Positions 1 to 8,770 of a DNA stretch of 64,000 nt are shown here, one piece after another. A model generated the notes under the pieces. That model made no database searches, had not been told where the DNA came from, and saw only the letters and a list, made by a program, of their open reading frames with translations. Made by a program: the position numbers and the translations under genes. The stretch spans positions 859-64,858 of the forward strand of contig CAITZM010000016.1 in assembly GCA_903896925.1 (NCBI GenBank), read 5' to 3'. This DNA comes from an uncultured Lentisphaerota bacterium. Its GTDB lineage: Bacteria > Verrucomicrobiota > Kiritimatiellia > CAIQIC01. The number at the start of each line of letters is the position of its first letter. The first letter of the stretch is position 1.

Positions 1-2058
1 GCCGTCGGTGATGCGCGTGGCTTCCTGCCAGCCGAGGTAATAGACGCCCCCGAACTTGTCGAAGGTCGGCTTGGAATTGCTGCCCTTGGTGACGAACGGG
101 CGGGACTCGCCCTTGCTCCAGGTCTTGCCGTCCTTGCTGGTGGTGAAGACGTAGTTGCGATCGCCGCTCTCCGTGCGGCAGATCGCCAGCCAGGTACCGT
201 CGGGCAGCCGGTTGACGGCCGACTCGGTGAGGTTGAGGTCGGCCGGTTCGTTGTAGTGGCCGAGGATTTCGAGCGTGTCGCGCTGGTCGTTGAGCACCCC
301 GAGCGCGTTTTGCGCGCCGGGGAAATTATTGATGACCGCATAGGTCTGGCCGTCGAAAACCTTGAACGAGTCAATCAGGTAGAGGCCGTAGCCCTTGGCT
401 TTCTTCTTGAAGCCCTGCTTGACGGCGTCGGAATTAAAATACTTGGGCTGCATGTCGAATGTGCCCGCGGCTGTCTTGAGCTGCATGCGATGGATGTCGG
501 GCTCGAACGTGAGCGACGCGCTGTCGAAGTCGCGATACCACATCTGCGCCTGGCCTCCGCCCTTTCCGTTTTGATCCTCGCACGCAAAGAAGCAGCGCAG
601 CGTGGTCTCGTTGAGCTGGAGGATGCGCGGGACGAAGCAGGCACCGACGGGCAGCGTCACGTTGGCGAACGCCTGCTCGGATTTGGCGAGCAGAAGTCGG
701 CGCTCGACTTGAAGGCTCTTCAGATTCACGACCGACAGCGTGCAGTATTCATCCTTGCCTGCGCCGTGCCCCGGCTTGATGTCGTTGGCAATCGCGACCA
801 CGAAAGCCCGGTCGCCGACGCAGCTCAGATCCGCATCGTGCGCGCCCTTCACCTCCGGCCCGGTGACCTGAAAAATATTCGACAGCACCTTGTCCGCCGC
901 AGCCTTCGGATTCCAGCTGGGCGGGAGCAGTGTTGGCTTGGCGAGCTTGTTGATCACCTGCTTCAGCGTCACCGCACCGGACACGTCTTTGCCTGCCACC
1001 ACGTCTTCCTCGCGGAACTTCGCGAGCAGGATCTCGCCAGCGCCGTTGCGGTCGCGGTCATAGGTGATCCAGATCAGGCCGTCCTTGTCTTGGACGCCGT
1101 CAGGATAGGAAACGCCGCCGCGTTCATCGAGCAACAGCCCGTCGTTCCACGTCGCGCCATCGTCGGTGGAACGTTGCGCGGTGAGGTGGCTGCGGCCCTT
1201 GAACTTGTAATGGTTCACCAACAGCAGATGACCGGAAGCGAGTCGCCGGATGAAAAAGCGGGAGCCGGGGCTCTTGATCGTGCTCGCCGTGCCTTCGCTC
1301 CATGTGTGTCCTTTGTCGGTGGAGTGGCTTTGCCAAAGAACACCGCTGCTCGTGCGGATCAGCATCCAGAGCCGGCCATCTTGGAGTTCGATGATCATGT
1401 TCTCCAGCGCCCAAGGCGGCGCCTTAACCGCGCCGTGGAGTTTCCAGGTCTTACCCTCGTCCGTGGAGATGCCGACGCCGTGGAGCGTCGGTTCCTGGTT
1501 GGTGGTGTAACCGGTGCACCACTCGCGGACGGGCTGCGCGGCATGGGTGACGGGCATGAGCCACTCACCCGTGGAGAGCACCGTGATTTTGTTCATGCGG
1601 AAGGCAAACGGAGCCTCGTAGCCGACGCGAAACTCTCGGCCGAACTTCGGCGGCGTGGCATCGGGATCGTCGCAAATGCGGGCGTGGACACCATGCACGG
1701 CCAAGTCCTTGTTGCCGCGATTAAAAACATACCAGAGCCGACCCTTCGGGTCCCTCCAGAGCGTCGGATCGTAACAGCGGGTGCCATCGGATGTGGGCCG
1801 CCCCATCGCCACCGGCGGGGTGAAAGTGTTTCCACCGTCATCGCTGTAGCAAAGCACCACCGTATTGTCCGGCGCCGGCTCTTTCGGCCCGCCCGTAAAC
1901 CACGACATAAACACGCGGCCTTTGGCAGTGCGTTCGAGTCCGGGAATGCCCTGCCAGGTGCGCTTGGCCAGATCGATGGTGACGCTTTCCGCGGCCTGAA
2001 TCGCGACCAACGAAGCCAACAACAGCGCGGCAAGAGGGATGGACGGGTTGATTTTCAT
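1..2058 (-). CDS. BNR/Asp-box repeat sialidase-like (GH33-like) secreted protein, partial: its 3' end lies beyond the window start
   Basis: My own minus-strand translation from the ATG at 2058..2056 gives MKINPSIPLAALLLASLVAIQAAES..., a Sec signal peptide. It runs 686 codons to position 1 without a stop. Asp-box motifs are present: YSDDGGNTF, STDKGHTWS, STDDGATW and TSKDGKTWS. The protein has two tandem propeller-like halves. It is not in the ORF track because there is no stop in the window. The listed + ORF 256..2193 is its antisense shadow. Confidence 0.75.
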   Translation of the reverse strand, partial: MKINPSIPLAALLLASLVAIQAAESVTIDLAKRTWQGIPGLERTAKGRVFMSWFTGGPKEPAPDNTVVLCYSDDGGNTFTPPVAMGRPTSDGTRCYDPTLWRDPKGRLWYVFNRGNKDLAVHGVHARICDDPDATPPKFGREFRVGYEAPFAFRMNKITVLSTGEWLMPVTHAAQPVREWCTGYTTNQEPTLHGVGISTDEGKTWKLHGAVKAPPWALENMIIELQDGRLWMLIRTSSGVLWQSHSTDKGHTWSEGTASTIKSPGSRFFIRRLASGHLLLVNHYKFKGRSHLTAQRSTDDGATWNDGLLLDERGGVSYPDGVQDKDGLIWITYDRDRNGAGEILLAKFREEDVVAGKDVSGAVTLKQVINKLAKPTLLPPSWNPKAAADKVLSNIFQVTGPEVKGAHDADLSCVGDRAFVVAIANDIKPGHGAGKDEYCTLSVVNLKSLQVERRLLLAKSEQAFANVTLPVGACFVPRILQLNETTLRCFFACEDQNGKGGGQAQMWYRDFDSASLTFEPDIHRMQLKTAAGTFDMQPKYFNSDAVKQGFKKKAKGYGLYLIDSFKVFDGQTYAVINNFPGAQNALGVLNDQRDTLEILGHYNEPADLNLTESAVNRLPDGTWLAICRTESGDRNYVFTTSKDGKTWSKGESRPFVTKGSNSKPTFDKFGGVYYLGWQEATRITDG

Positions 2059-2073
2059 ATTACGGCTCCACAC

Positions 2074-2123
2074 TTTTCCAAGCCTCGGAAAAACAGCGTG
2101 TGCCGTTTCCAATGCTTGGAAAC
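2074..2123. promoter_or_regulatory. Pair of palindromes TTTTCCAAGCCTCGGAAAAA and GTTTCCAATGCTTGGAAAC with centres about 30 bp apart, 17-65 nt upstream of the sialidase-like start codon; candidate operator
   Basis: Read directly in the uxaC-stop to sialidase-start intergenic region. The second site is a perfect palindrome with 8-bp arms. The same motif and spacing recur at about 7250-7300 and about 32721-32768. Confidence 0.45.
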
Positions 2124-2189
2124 CGCCGCCACGAATCCGATCGTTTTTGCTCTGCATATTTCTGCCCGCCATCTTTCTGCCTGCTGTTG

Positions 2190-3389
2190 CTAGGCCATCC
2201 ATTGCATCGCATTTCCATAACTGATGGCGCGGACCAGCGGTCCGAGGTCCGCCGGCAGTTCGCCGGTTTCCACCTTGTCTCCGAGCCAGTCGCACAGCAC
2301 GCGGCGGAAATATTCGTGACGCACCATCGAGAGGAGGCTGCGCGAGTCGGTGGTCATGCCGATGAAGGTCGCGAGCAGGCCGTAGCTGGCGAGGGCGTCG
2401 AGTTGCTGGCGGATGCCTAGCGCGTGGTCGTTGTACCACCATGCCGGGCCGAACTGAATTTTGCCGCGGACCCCGTCGGCCGCGAACGAGCCGGTCAGCG
2501 TCGCGATGGCGGCGTAGTCGGCCGGGTTGAGCGGATAGAGGATCGTGCGCGGCAGGCAGCCCTCGCGCTCCAGTCCGTCGAGAAACTGGCAGAGCGCGGG
2601 AATATCGCAGGCGTTGCCGATGGTCGCGTAGCCGCCGGCGGGCCCGGCGAGCTGGCGCAGGCGGGTGCTGGTCTCGCGCTGCGCGCCGAAGTGCAGTTGC
2701 AGGATCCAGCCGCGCCGGGCGTACTCACGGGCAAACGCGGTCAACGCTTCCGAGTCGAAAGTGTTGACCGCGTGATCGGCGAGCCGGCAGCCGAGGCGCG
2801 CGAAGGCGTCCAGCCGTGCGGCATCGGGAGCTTCGGCGTCGCGCGGCGAGGGCAGCACGCGCGTCTTGAAATCCGATTGCGCGAGCTTGGCGTGCGCGGC
2901 GAGATCGTCAGTGAGCCGGTCCGATGTGCAGAGCACCTCGACGTTGGCGCGGGCGATGAGCTGGCGCGCCGTGAACGCTTTTGTCCGCAGCTTCTCGTTG
3001 CACTGTTCCCAGATGCACGCGGCCGTCTCCGGCGACAGCAACTCGCCGATATCGAAACAGCGTTTCAATTCCAGCGCCGTCCAGTGGAACAGCGGGTTAC
3101 CGAGGGTCAGCGGCACGGTTGCCGCCCACGCATCGAACTTCTCGCGGTCGGTGGCGTCGCCCGTGATCAGCCGCTCCGGCACGCCGGCGATGCGCATCGC
3201 GCGGTGCTTGTAGGGATCGGTGGCGATCCAGAGCTGCGTGATGTTCGCGAACGCGCGGTCCTCGGCGAGCGCGTGAGGATCGAGATGATTGTGATAGTCC
3301 ACAATCGGGAGCCCCGCGGCGTGCTCGTGATAGAGCCGACGCGCCACCGCGGTCTTCAGCAGGAAGTCGTCGTGGATGAAAGCGGTCAT
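2190..3389 (-). CDS. uxaC: Glucuronate (uronate) isomerase
   Basis: The protein MTAFIHDDFLLKTAVARRLYHEHAAGLPIVDYHNHLDPH...YFRRVLCDWLG aligns along its length with E. coli UxaC (HxH metal motif, DREKFDAWAATVP, RHEYFRR). The track ORF 2190..3647 is 5'-overextended. The start was trimmed to the ATG at 3389, which forms an ATGA overlap with the stop of the upstream GH115 gene. Confidence 0.9.
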   Translation of the reverse strand: MTAFIHDDFLLKTAVARRLYHEHAAGLPIVDYHNHLDPHALAEDRAFANITQLWIATDPYKHRAMRIAGVPERLITGDATDREKFDAWAATVPLTLGNPLFHWTALELKRCFDIGELLSPETAACIWEQCNEKLRTKAFTARQLIARANVEVLCTSDRLTDDLAAHAKLAQSDFKTRVLPSPRDAEAPDAARLDAFARLGCRLADHAVNTFDSEALTAFAREYARRGWILQLHFGAQRETSTRLRQLAGPAGGYATIGNACDIPALCQFLDGLEREGCLPRTILYPLNPADYAAIATLTGSFAADGVRGKIQFGPAWWYNDHALGIRQQLDALASYGLLATFIGMTTDSRSLLSMVRHEYFRRVLCDWLGDKVETGELPADLGPLVRAISYGNAMQWMA

Positions 3390-5569
3390 GGTTTGCTCTC
3401 CCTTTGCGCGGCGTGCGCCTGCGCTTGCCGCGCCTGTTCCAGCACGTCGCGGGTTTTCTTCAGTGTGGTTTCCACATTGAGTTTCTTGCAGCCGCGATAC
3501 CAGTTTTCCCACGGGCTCCGGCAATAGTCTTGGGCGAGCACCGGCAGTTGCGCGAACGCTGCCTCGGCTTTGGCGAGCGCTGCGACGCACGCGCCGGTCT
3601 GGCCCAGCTCGAGCGCTTCGTCCGCCAGCAACACCTGCTCCAGCCACGCGCCGGTCTGGAACATGAGGGCGCTTTGATAGATCAGGTTGTCGCGCAGGAA
3701 AGCCGCCTCGCGTTCCGGCAGCGCTGCCGCCGCCGTGCGCGCGTGCAGCAAGGCCAAGGTGAGTCCGGCCTGTTGCGCCGCCAAAGGCTTGAGCGTTTCG
3801 CGCCGCCCGAGGTTGCGCGGATGCATGTCGTTCAGTCCCACCCAGAACGCGTCGTTGGTTGCGGCGGTTGCGGTCGCCGCCGGGTTATGCGCGGCCTGCC
3901 GATCAGGCTCCGCACTGACGCCACCGGTTTGCTTGCCCAGCAAACGCTGTGCGATCTGCTTCAAGGCGGTATGGCCCGCGCCGAACATCTGCCCATCCAT
4001 CAGAAACGGCACCTGTTGTTCGGGATGGAGCTGCCACGCGTTGAAATAGATTTTATAAGCTCGCGCGATAGGCTCCTGTTGGCTGGAGAAACGCATGCGC
4101 ACCCAGTCCGCGAGCCACGCCTCGGGATCGAACGCGTCCATCCGCCATGTCATCTTCGCCGTCGCATCCACGCCCAGCACGAACTCGCGGAGGTTGGATA
4201 CGTTGCAGATCGCATAGGTCCCGGCGCCCTGTTCCGCGGCAGTCTTCAGGCACGCGAACGTCTTGTGCGGCCCCGGCACCTGCGCCAGGTGCGGGCCGGA
4301 CCCGATCAGCCCGTGGTGATAGTAGACGCCGTAGGTGTTCCCCGGATCGCGCGGCGTCGAGTAGAAATCCTGCTGCCATTTCCAGCCGGGCGAGTTGTCG
4401 GCGAAGACGATGATCGTCCCCGCCGGAATCGTGAGCAGCTTCTGCTGGTTCAGCGCCGAGCCTTCCGCCCAGAGTGTGGTGGAGAGCTGGCGCGGCTGGC
4501 GCGGCGCGACCTCGTCGAGGATCTGCACCTGCGCCGCCATCGCCTCGGAGATGAGCCGGCCGCGGTCGGCGTCGGACTGCGGCGTCTGCGGATCAGCCAT
4601 CCACATCGGCCGGTCGGCGATGCCGCGCAGTCCGAGCTGCCAGATCACGTTCGGATAGGCCGCCCATTTCTTGGCGTAGGCGCGCCACACCTCGCGCACC
4701 TCGGCCGGGTGGCTGAAGTAGGAATACTTCAAATCCCGACCGCGCTGCTTCCAGTAGATAAAGTAACTGAACGCACTCACGCCGAGCGGCTCGACGTGAT
4801 GCTGCGACACGAACACGCCGCGGCGCGCGCATTCCTGCACCAGCGCCTCCTCCGGCGGATTCATGATGTCCACGAAGCTGGCGGGGATGATCAGGTTGCA
4901 GCGGCTACGCACGAGCGCCTCGGCCACGGCGCGCATCACCTCGCGCGGCACCACCTGTTTGTAATATGGATAATCGATGCGCCGCTGCCCGCCGCTTTCC
5001 TGCCACTCGGTCAGCAGATCCTCGTCATTGATGAACCAGCCGCGGAACTTGAAGGAGGGCCCGCCGGACGCAAGTTGGACGCCATCCCACGCCAACGTCG
5101 CGCGCGGCTGCGGCGGACGCGAGGCCCAGAACCAGAGCGGGTCCACGCCGAGATATTTTTCGATGAACGCGTAGAGACCAAACATCGTCCCGTGCTCATC
5201 GCTGCCCGCGATGATCAGCCGGTCGCCGCTGGTCTCGACGCGGTAGGCTTCCCACTTGCCCTTGAGCCCCTCGCCAAAGCCCGGCGCGATTTTCTCCAGC
5301 AGCGCAGCGGACTCCGGCCGGTTCAGCGTGACCACGACAACAGAGCCTGCGCTCTCGCCAGCCAGAAGTGTTTGTCCGGTGATTTTGCTCACATCGCTGA
5401 CGAGATCCGCCGCCGCCAGGCGTACGCACTCCGGCTCGCCCGCCGGCACGCAGAGCTTGGCGGTCCGCTGCGGTGACGCCAGTTCGAACGCGGCGGCGTG
5501 AACCGTCAGCAGCGCGATGCCAACGAAGCGCGCCAGCGTCTTTACGGCAGGCATGGGCTCATGGGTCAT
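3386..5569 (-). CDS. Alpha-glucuronidase-like glycoside hydrolase (GH115-like), secreted
   Basis: 727 aa with a signal peptide (MTHEPMPAVKTLARFVGIALLTVHAAAFE). The N-terminal domain has RLIIAGSDEHGTMFGLYAFIEKYLGVDPLWFW, which resembles the GH20b-like GH115 N-domain. FKFRGWFINDEDLL matches the GH115 catalytic-region signature as I recall it. It sits immediately upstream of, and is translationally coupled to, uxaC. Confidence 0.7.
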   Translation of the reverse strand: MTHEPMPAVKTLARFVGIALLTVHAAAFELASPQRTAKLCVPAGEPECVRLAAADLVSDVSKITGQTLLAGESAGSVVVVTLNRPESAALLEKIAPGFGEGLKGKWEAYRVETSGDRLIIAGSDEHGTMFGLYAFIEKYLGVDPLWFWASRPPQPRATLAWDGVQLASGGPSFKFRGWFINDEDLLTEWQESGGQRRIDYPYYKQVVPREVMRAVAEALVRSRCNLIIPASFVDIMNPPEEALVQECARRGVFVSQHHVEPLGVSAFSYFIYWKQRGRDLKYSYFSHPAEVREVWRAYAKKWAAYPNVIWQLGLRGIADRPMWMADPQTPQSDADRGRLISEAMAAQVQILDEVAPRQPRQLSTTLWAEGSALNQQKLLTIPAGTIIVFADNSPGWKWQQDFYSTPRDPGNTYGVYYHHGLIGSGPHLAQVPGPHKTFACLKTAAEQGAGTYAICNVSNLREFVLGVDATAKMTWRMDAFDPEAWLADWVRMRFSSQQEPIARAYKIYFNAWQLHPEQQVPFLMDGQMFGAGHTALKQIAQRLLGKQTGGVSAEPDRQAAHNPAATATAATNDAFWVGLNDMHPRNLGRRETLKPLAAQQAGLTLALLHARTAAAALPEREAAFLRDNLIYQSALMFQTGAWLEQVLLADEALELGQTGACVAALAKAEAAFAQLPVLAQDYCRSPWENWYRGCKKLNVETTLKKTRDVLEQARQAQAHAAQRESKP

Positions 5570-7218
5570 TGCTTTGTCTTCACCTCGGTAAACGGCAGCT
5601 TCTCCGTGTAGACCTTCAGGTTGCGGAACACCATCGCCGTATGGACCATGCAGCGCAGGGCGATGTGGCCGTAGTTGAGGATGCAGCCGGTGTTGGTCCG
5701 CGAGCTGTCGTCAATCTCCAGCAGCACCTTGCCATCGATCGCGCCGCGGATCTTGCCCTCGTGCTGCACGAGCTGCGCCTTGTGCCACTGGTTGTTGGCG
5801 AACGGCGCCGGCGAGCTGCCGAAGCCGATGCGATAGGCGAACGGATTCTTGCGGCTGAAAGCGGTCCCGACATCGTTCCGCACATCGTTCATCTCGCGAT
5901 AAAATTCCCAATGGTAGTTGCGCACATTCTCGCCGTGCACGGTCTGCATGATGCCCGAGGTCTTCTTGGGATAGTCGGCCATGAAGTCCTCGCGCGACAT
6001 GCCGGAGGCGTGGATCATCAGCAGCGCGAGTCCGTTCGGCTTGAGCGCCTTCCACTCGAACTCCACATAGATGTTCCCCTCGAAGGTCCGGTTGCTCCAT
6101 ATGTACACCTGCTTCGGATAAGCATTCCAGCCGTACGGAATATCCGGCGTCTCGATCAGCAAGCCCTCGGGGTGGCCGGCCGGCTTGATGGCTTCGCGAT
6201 AGCCTTGGATGTAGAACTCCTTGATCTGCTCGACGGGCGTTTTGAAATCCAAATCGAACTGCTTCGTCCAGTTCGCGCCGGGCTGGAACGTAAAGTTTTC
6301 CAGCGCGGCCCCCGCGAAGCGGTTTTTGAGTTCGTCCTCGATGCCCTGGTCGAAATCCGGCGCGCCCGCGCGATACAGTCTGTAGAGTTCCCCGCCGCCG
6401 AGCACGCCCGCGAAAAATTCAATCTGCCCGTGGCAGAGCGCGGGGCAACCGGCATAGAGCACGTCGCCGCAGCGGTCGCGGTGGAAGTCCTTGTTGAACC
6501 GGTCGCTCGTGCCGATGAGGATGCCGTTGACGAACAGCTCCGCGCTCTTCGCAGCGTCGTCCCAGGTGACCGCAAGCTGATACCAGCGGAATTTCTGGAA
6601 GTAGTTAAAGGGCACCGCCTGCACCCACGCCTTCTGCGGCGGGTCGAAGCCCAGACGTGGATAAACCGTCCCCTTGAAAAACTTCGCGCGAAACTCATTG
6701 AAGCGGTTCCACTCGAAGCTGAAGTTCGCCTCGGCGACATCGCGCGGCATGGCGTGATCGCTCAGGAACGCATAGGTCGCGAAAAATTTATTATCGATCG
6801 CCATGTGATCGGCGAGGAAGCTGGCCGCCAGATCTTCCAGCGCGAAGAACCACAGCACCAGCGTGCCGCTGGGCTCGTTGAGCGTGTGCCCGCCCGCCAG
6901 CTTGATGGCCGTGTGAATGCTTGTCGGGTTGATGCCCTTGCGGCCATGCAGTTCGAGCACGCGCGCGGAACCGTTGATGCTCTCGTTCGCCGCGAGCGCG
7001 GCCGCGTCGGCGAGATAACGCTGCCTCGCTTGCGGCGCCGTTCCCGCCGCGCCTCGCGCCGGAGGAAACAACGAGCAGGCCGCGACGGCCGCCGTGGAAG
7101 TCTTGAGGAACTGACGCCGGGTGGTTGCATCAACGGGTTTCATGGCCGGCAGTTTAGCGGAAGCCCCGGCGGCCTCAAGCACTTGGACCTGCTGCGCGGA
7201 TGATGGTGGATTGTTCAT
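5566..7218 (-). CDS. Tat-secreted protein with concanavalin A-like (LamG/glucanase-like) domains; putative polysaccharide-active enzyme of unknown family
   Basis: The track ORF 5566..7692 is overextended. A Tat motif TTRRQFLKTSTAAVAACSLF is present. The start ATG at 7218 (MNNPPSS...) has AGGAG 8 nt upstream; the alternative ATG at 7143 (MKPVDATTRRQFLK) is also possible. WYQLAVTWDDAAKSAELFVNGILIGTSD is LamG/ConA-like. ATGA overlap with the GH115 start. Confidence 0.6.
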   Translation of the reverse strand: MNNPPSSAQQVQVLEAAGASAKLPAMKPVDATTRRQFLKTSTAAVAACSLFPPARGAAGTAPQARQRYLADAAALAANESINGSARVLELHGRKGINPTSIHTAIKLAGGHTLNEPSGTLVLWFFALEDLAASFLADHMAIDNKFFATYAFLSDHAMPRDVAEANFSFEWNRFNEFRAKFFKGTVYPRLGFDPPQKAWVQAVPFNYFQKFRWYQLAVTWDDAAKSAELFVNGILIGTSDRFNKDFHRDRCGDVLYAGCPALCHGQIEFFAGVLGGGELYRLYRAGAPDFDQGIEDELKNRFAGAALENFTFQPGANWTKQFDLDFKTPVEQIKEFYIQGYREAIKPAGHPEGLLIETPDIPYGWNAYPKQVYIWSNRTFEGNIYVEFEWKALKPNGLALLMIHASGMSREDFMADYPKKTSGIMQTVHGENVRNYHWEFYREMNDVRNDVGTAFSRKNPFAYRIGFGSSPAPFANNQWHKAQLVQHEGKIRGAIDGKVLLEIDDSSRTNTGCILNYGHIALRCMVHTAMVFRNLKVYTEKLPFTEVKTKQ

Positions 7219-7249
7219 GGTTGCTCCTGTCGCCTGTGACTCCCGCAAG

Positions 7250-7300
7250 TTTTCCAGGGATTGGAAGCCGAAACCGTCGTTTTTTCCAAGCATTGGAAAA
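7250..7300. promoter_or_regulatory. Pair of palindromes TTTTCCAGGGATTGGAAG and TTTTCCAAGCATTGGAAAA with centres about 32 bp apart, 30-80 nt upstream of the Tat-protein start
   Basis: Read directly in the 7219..7336 intergenic gap. The second site has perfect 8-bp arms TTTTCCAA/TTGGAAAA. Confidence 0.45.
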
Positions 7301-7336
7301 GCCCGGGCACAACGCGCAGCGCATGGTTGCTGAAAC

Positions 7337-8770
7337 TCATGGGGCGACTCGTGGTTCCAGCGTGAGGAGCGCGCGGTCGGCGATGAGCACCGGCGAGTCG
7401 TAGATGGGGAGCTGGCGGAAGGCGATGCCTTCGCCCACGCGCGACCAGTTGGCCTGCGGGATGGCGCGCACTTCGCCGGTGAGCAGGTCGGCGTACACCG
7501 GCTCGGTGAACGCGCCGCGCTCCAGCGTGACATCGAGCGGCGTGGTGGTGCCCGCGTCCGCGGGGACCTTGTCCTTGAACCAGAGCGTGACGGCTTGCAG
7601 TCCGCTGGTCTTGTGGCGATAGGCGAAGAGCGCGAGCTTCTTCTGGTCCGGCACGGTAGCGGGATAGTCGGCGATGCGCACGAGCGCGGCATCGAACACG
7701 CTGAACACGCGCTGCGCCGCGGCGTAGGCGGGCTTGGCGTAGGCGACGGTCTGGTCCGGGTTCGAGGCGAGCAGGCCCTTGTAGTTCATGTCCAGCTTCG
7801 GGCCGAAGCGATAGTGCAGATCCATCATCGTGAACAAATTGACGGGCACATCCTTCCCGTGATGGGCGAGCATCCGGCGCAGGTTCCACTTCGCCTGGAT
7901 CGTCTCGGTCATCGGCAACTTCTTCAGCGCAAAGTTTTCCTGATATTTGGAGGTCGCCCCCGTCTCGCCCTGGCGCACGGCGATGGGCGCGCCGCCGTGC
8001 TTGGCGATGAGCGCGCGCAGTTCGTCGATGTTGTGGGTCTGGTCGGGATTCTCCGGGTAGCTGTGCACCGTGATGGCGTCCACGAGCGCGAGCTTGCCGC
8101 ACTGGTGGACGCGGGCTAGGAACGCGTCGGCGTAGGGCTCCTTGTGGGCGAGCGCGAGCGCGTAGAGGCGCGCCTGCGGTTGTTCGCTGCGGATGACCTC
8201 CGCCGTGCGGATGAAGAAATCCGCATAGGCTACCGCGGGCGTCGGGCCCAGGTCGGGCTCGTTCCAGATTTCCCATTCCGTCACGCGGTCGCGATAGCGG
8301 CGCACAAGGGCGCGCACCCAGTTGTCCCACGCCGTCAACGCCGCCGGCGCTTTCGGAATGCCGCCGCCGAGCCCGGTGCCGCCGCCGTCGGGGTAAAGTT
8401 TGTTGCCGTAGGAAACTTCCAGCCACGGCTGCACGCCCTGCGCGAGCGCATCCGCCACCACGGCGTCGAGCCACGCGAAGTCATAGACGCCCTGCTTGCT
8501 CTCGCACTTGGCCCAACCGGTCTGGAGGCGGAGGCCCTTCGCGCCGAGCGGCCCGAGATATTTTTTGTAGTTAGCGTAGATCGCAAAATCGCGGTCGAGC
8601 GTCTCGCCGCCGATGGACCAGCTCGACGCAACAATTTCCTGCGCCGGCCGCGTCTTGATTTTACCGAGGAGCGGAAAAGAAACCGCTGAAGTCGCGGGCG
8701 GTGTGGCGACCACGGTGGCGGTATGCATCGCCAGCAAAGCGGCGAGTAGCGCGAGGGCGTGTAGCTTCAT
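7337..8770 (-). CDS. Clan GH-A TIM-barrel glycoside hydrolase (GH39/GH30/GH79-like; candidate beta-xylosidase or beta-glucuronidase), secreted
   Basis: The track ORF 7337..9013 was trimmed to the ATG at 8770 (MKLHALALLAALLAMHTATVVA, signal peptide). WEIWNEPD matches the clan-A acid/base NEP motif. There is a C-terminal beta-sandwich region. ATGA overlap with the stop of the upstream paralog. Confidence 0.65.
   Translation of the reverse strand: MKLHALALLAALLAMHTATVVATPPATSAVSFPLLGKIKTRPAQEIVASSWSIGGETLDRDFAIYANYKKYLGPLGAKGLRLQTGWAKCESKQGVYDFAWLDAVVADALAQGVQPWLEVSYGNKLYPDGGGTGLGGGIPKAPAALTAWDNWVRALVRRYRDRVTEWEIWNEPDLGPTPAVAYADFFIRTAEVIRSEQPQARLYALALAHKEPYADAFLARVHQCGKLALVDAITVHSYPENPDQTHNIDELRALIAKHGGAPIAVRQGETGATSKYQENFALKKLPMTETIQAKWNLRRMLAHHGKDVPVNLFTMMDLHYRFGPKLDMNYKGLLASNPDQTVAYAKPAYAAAQRVFSVFDAALVRIADYPATVPDQKKLALFAYRHKTSGLQAVTLWFKDKVPADAGTTTPLDVTLERGAFTEPVYADLLTGEVRAIPQANWSRVGEGIAFRQLPIYDSPVLIADRALLTLEPRVAP

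Noticed and set aside
256-2193. 645-aa plus-strand ORF at the window start
   Set aside because: Its composition is an Arg/Ala/Leu-rich antisense pattern. The opposite strand encodes a coherent signal peptide plus BNR Asp-box protein. It is a typical high-GC shadow ORF.
3404-5476. 690-aa plus-strand ORF antisense to the GH115-like gene. Similar long shadows are 8701..10224(+), 10221..11171(+), 13098..14189(+), 16175..17335(+), 21171..22376(+), 24641..26311(+), 27774..29312(+), 33067..36048(-), 35961..39050(-), 47562..49127(-), 49160..51118(-), 55726..58314(+) and 58286..60310(-)
   Set aside because: Each overlaps a gene with clear family-level similarity on the other strand. Their translations are low-complexity R/A/G/P-rich with no recognisable domains.
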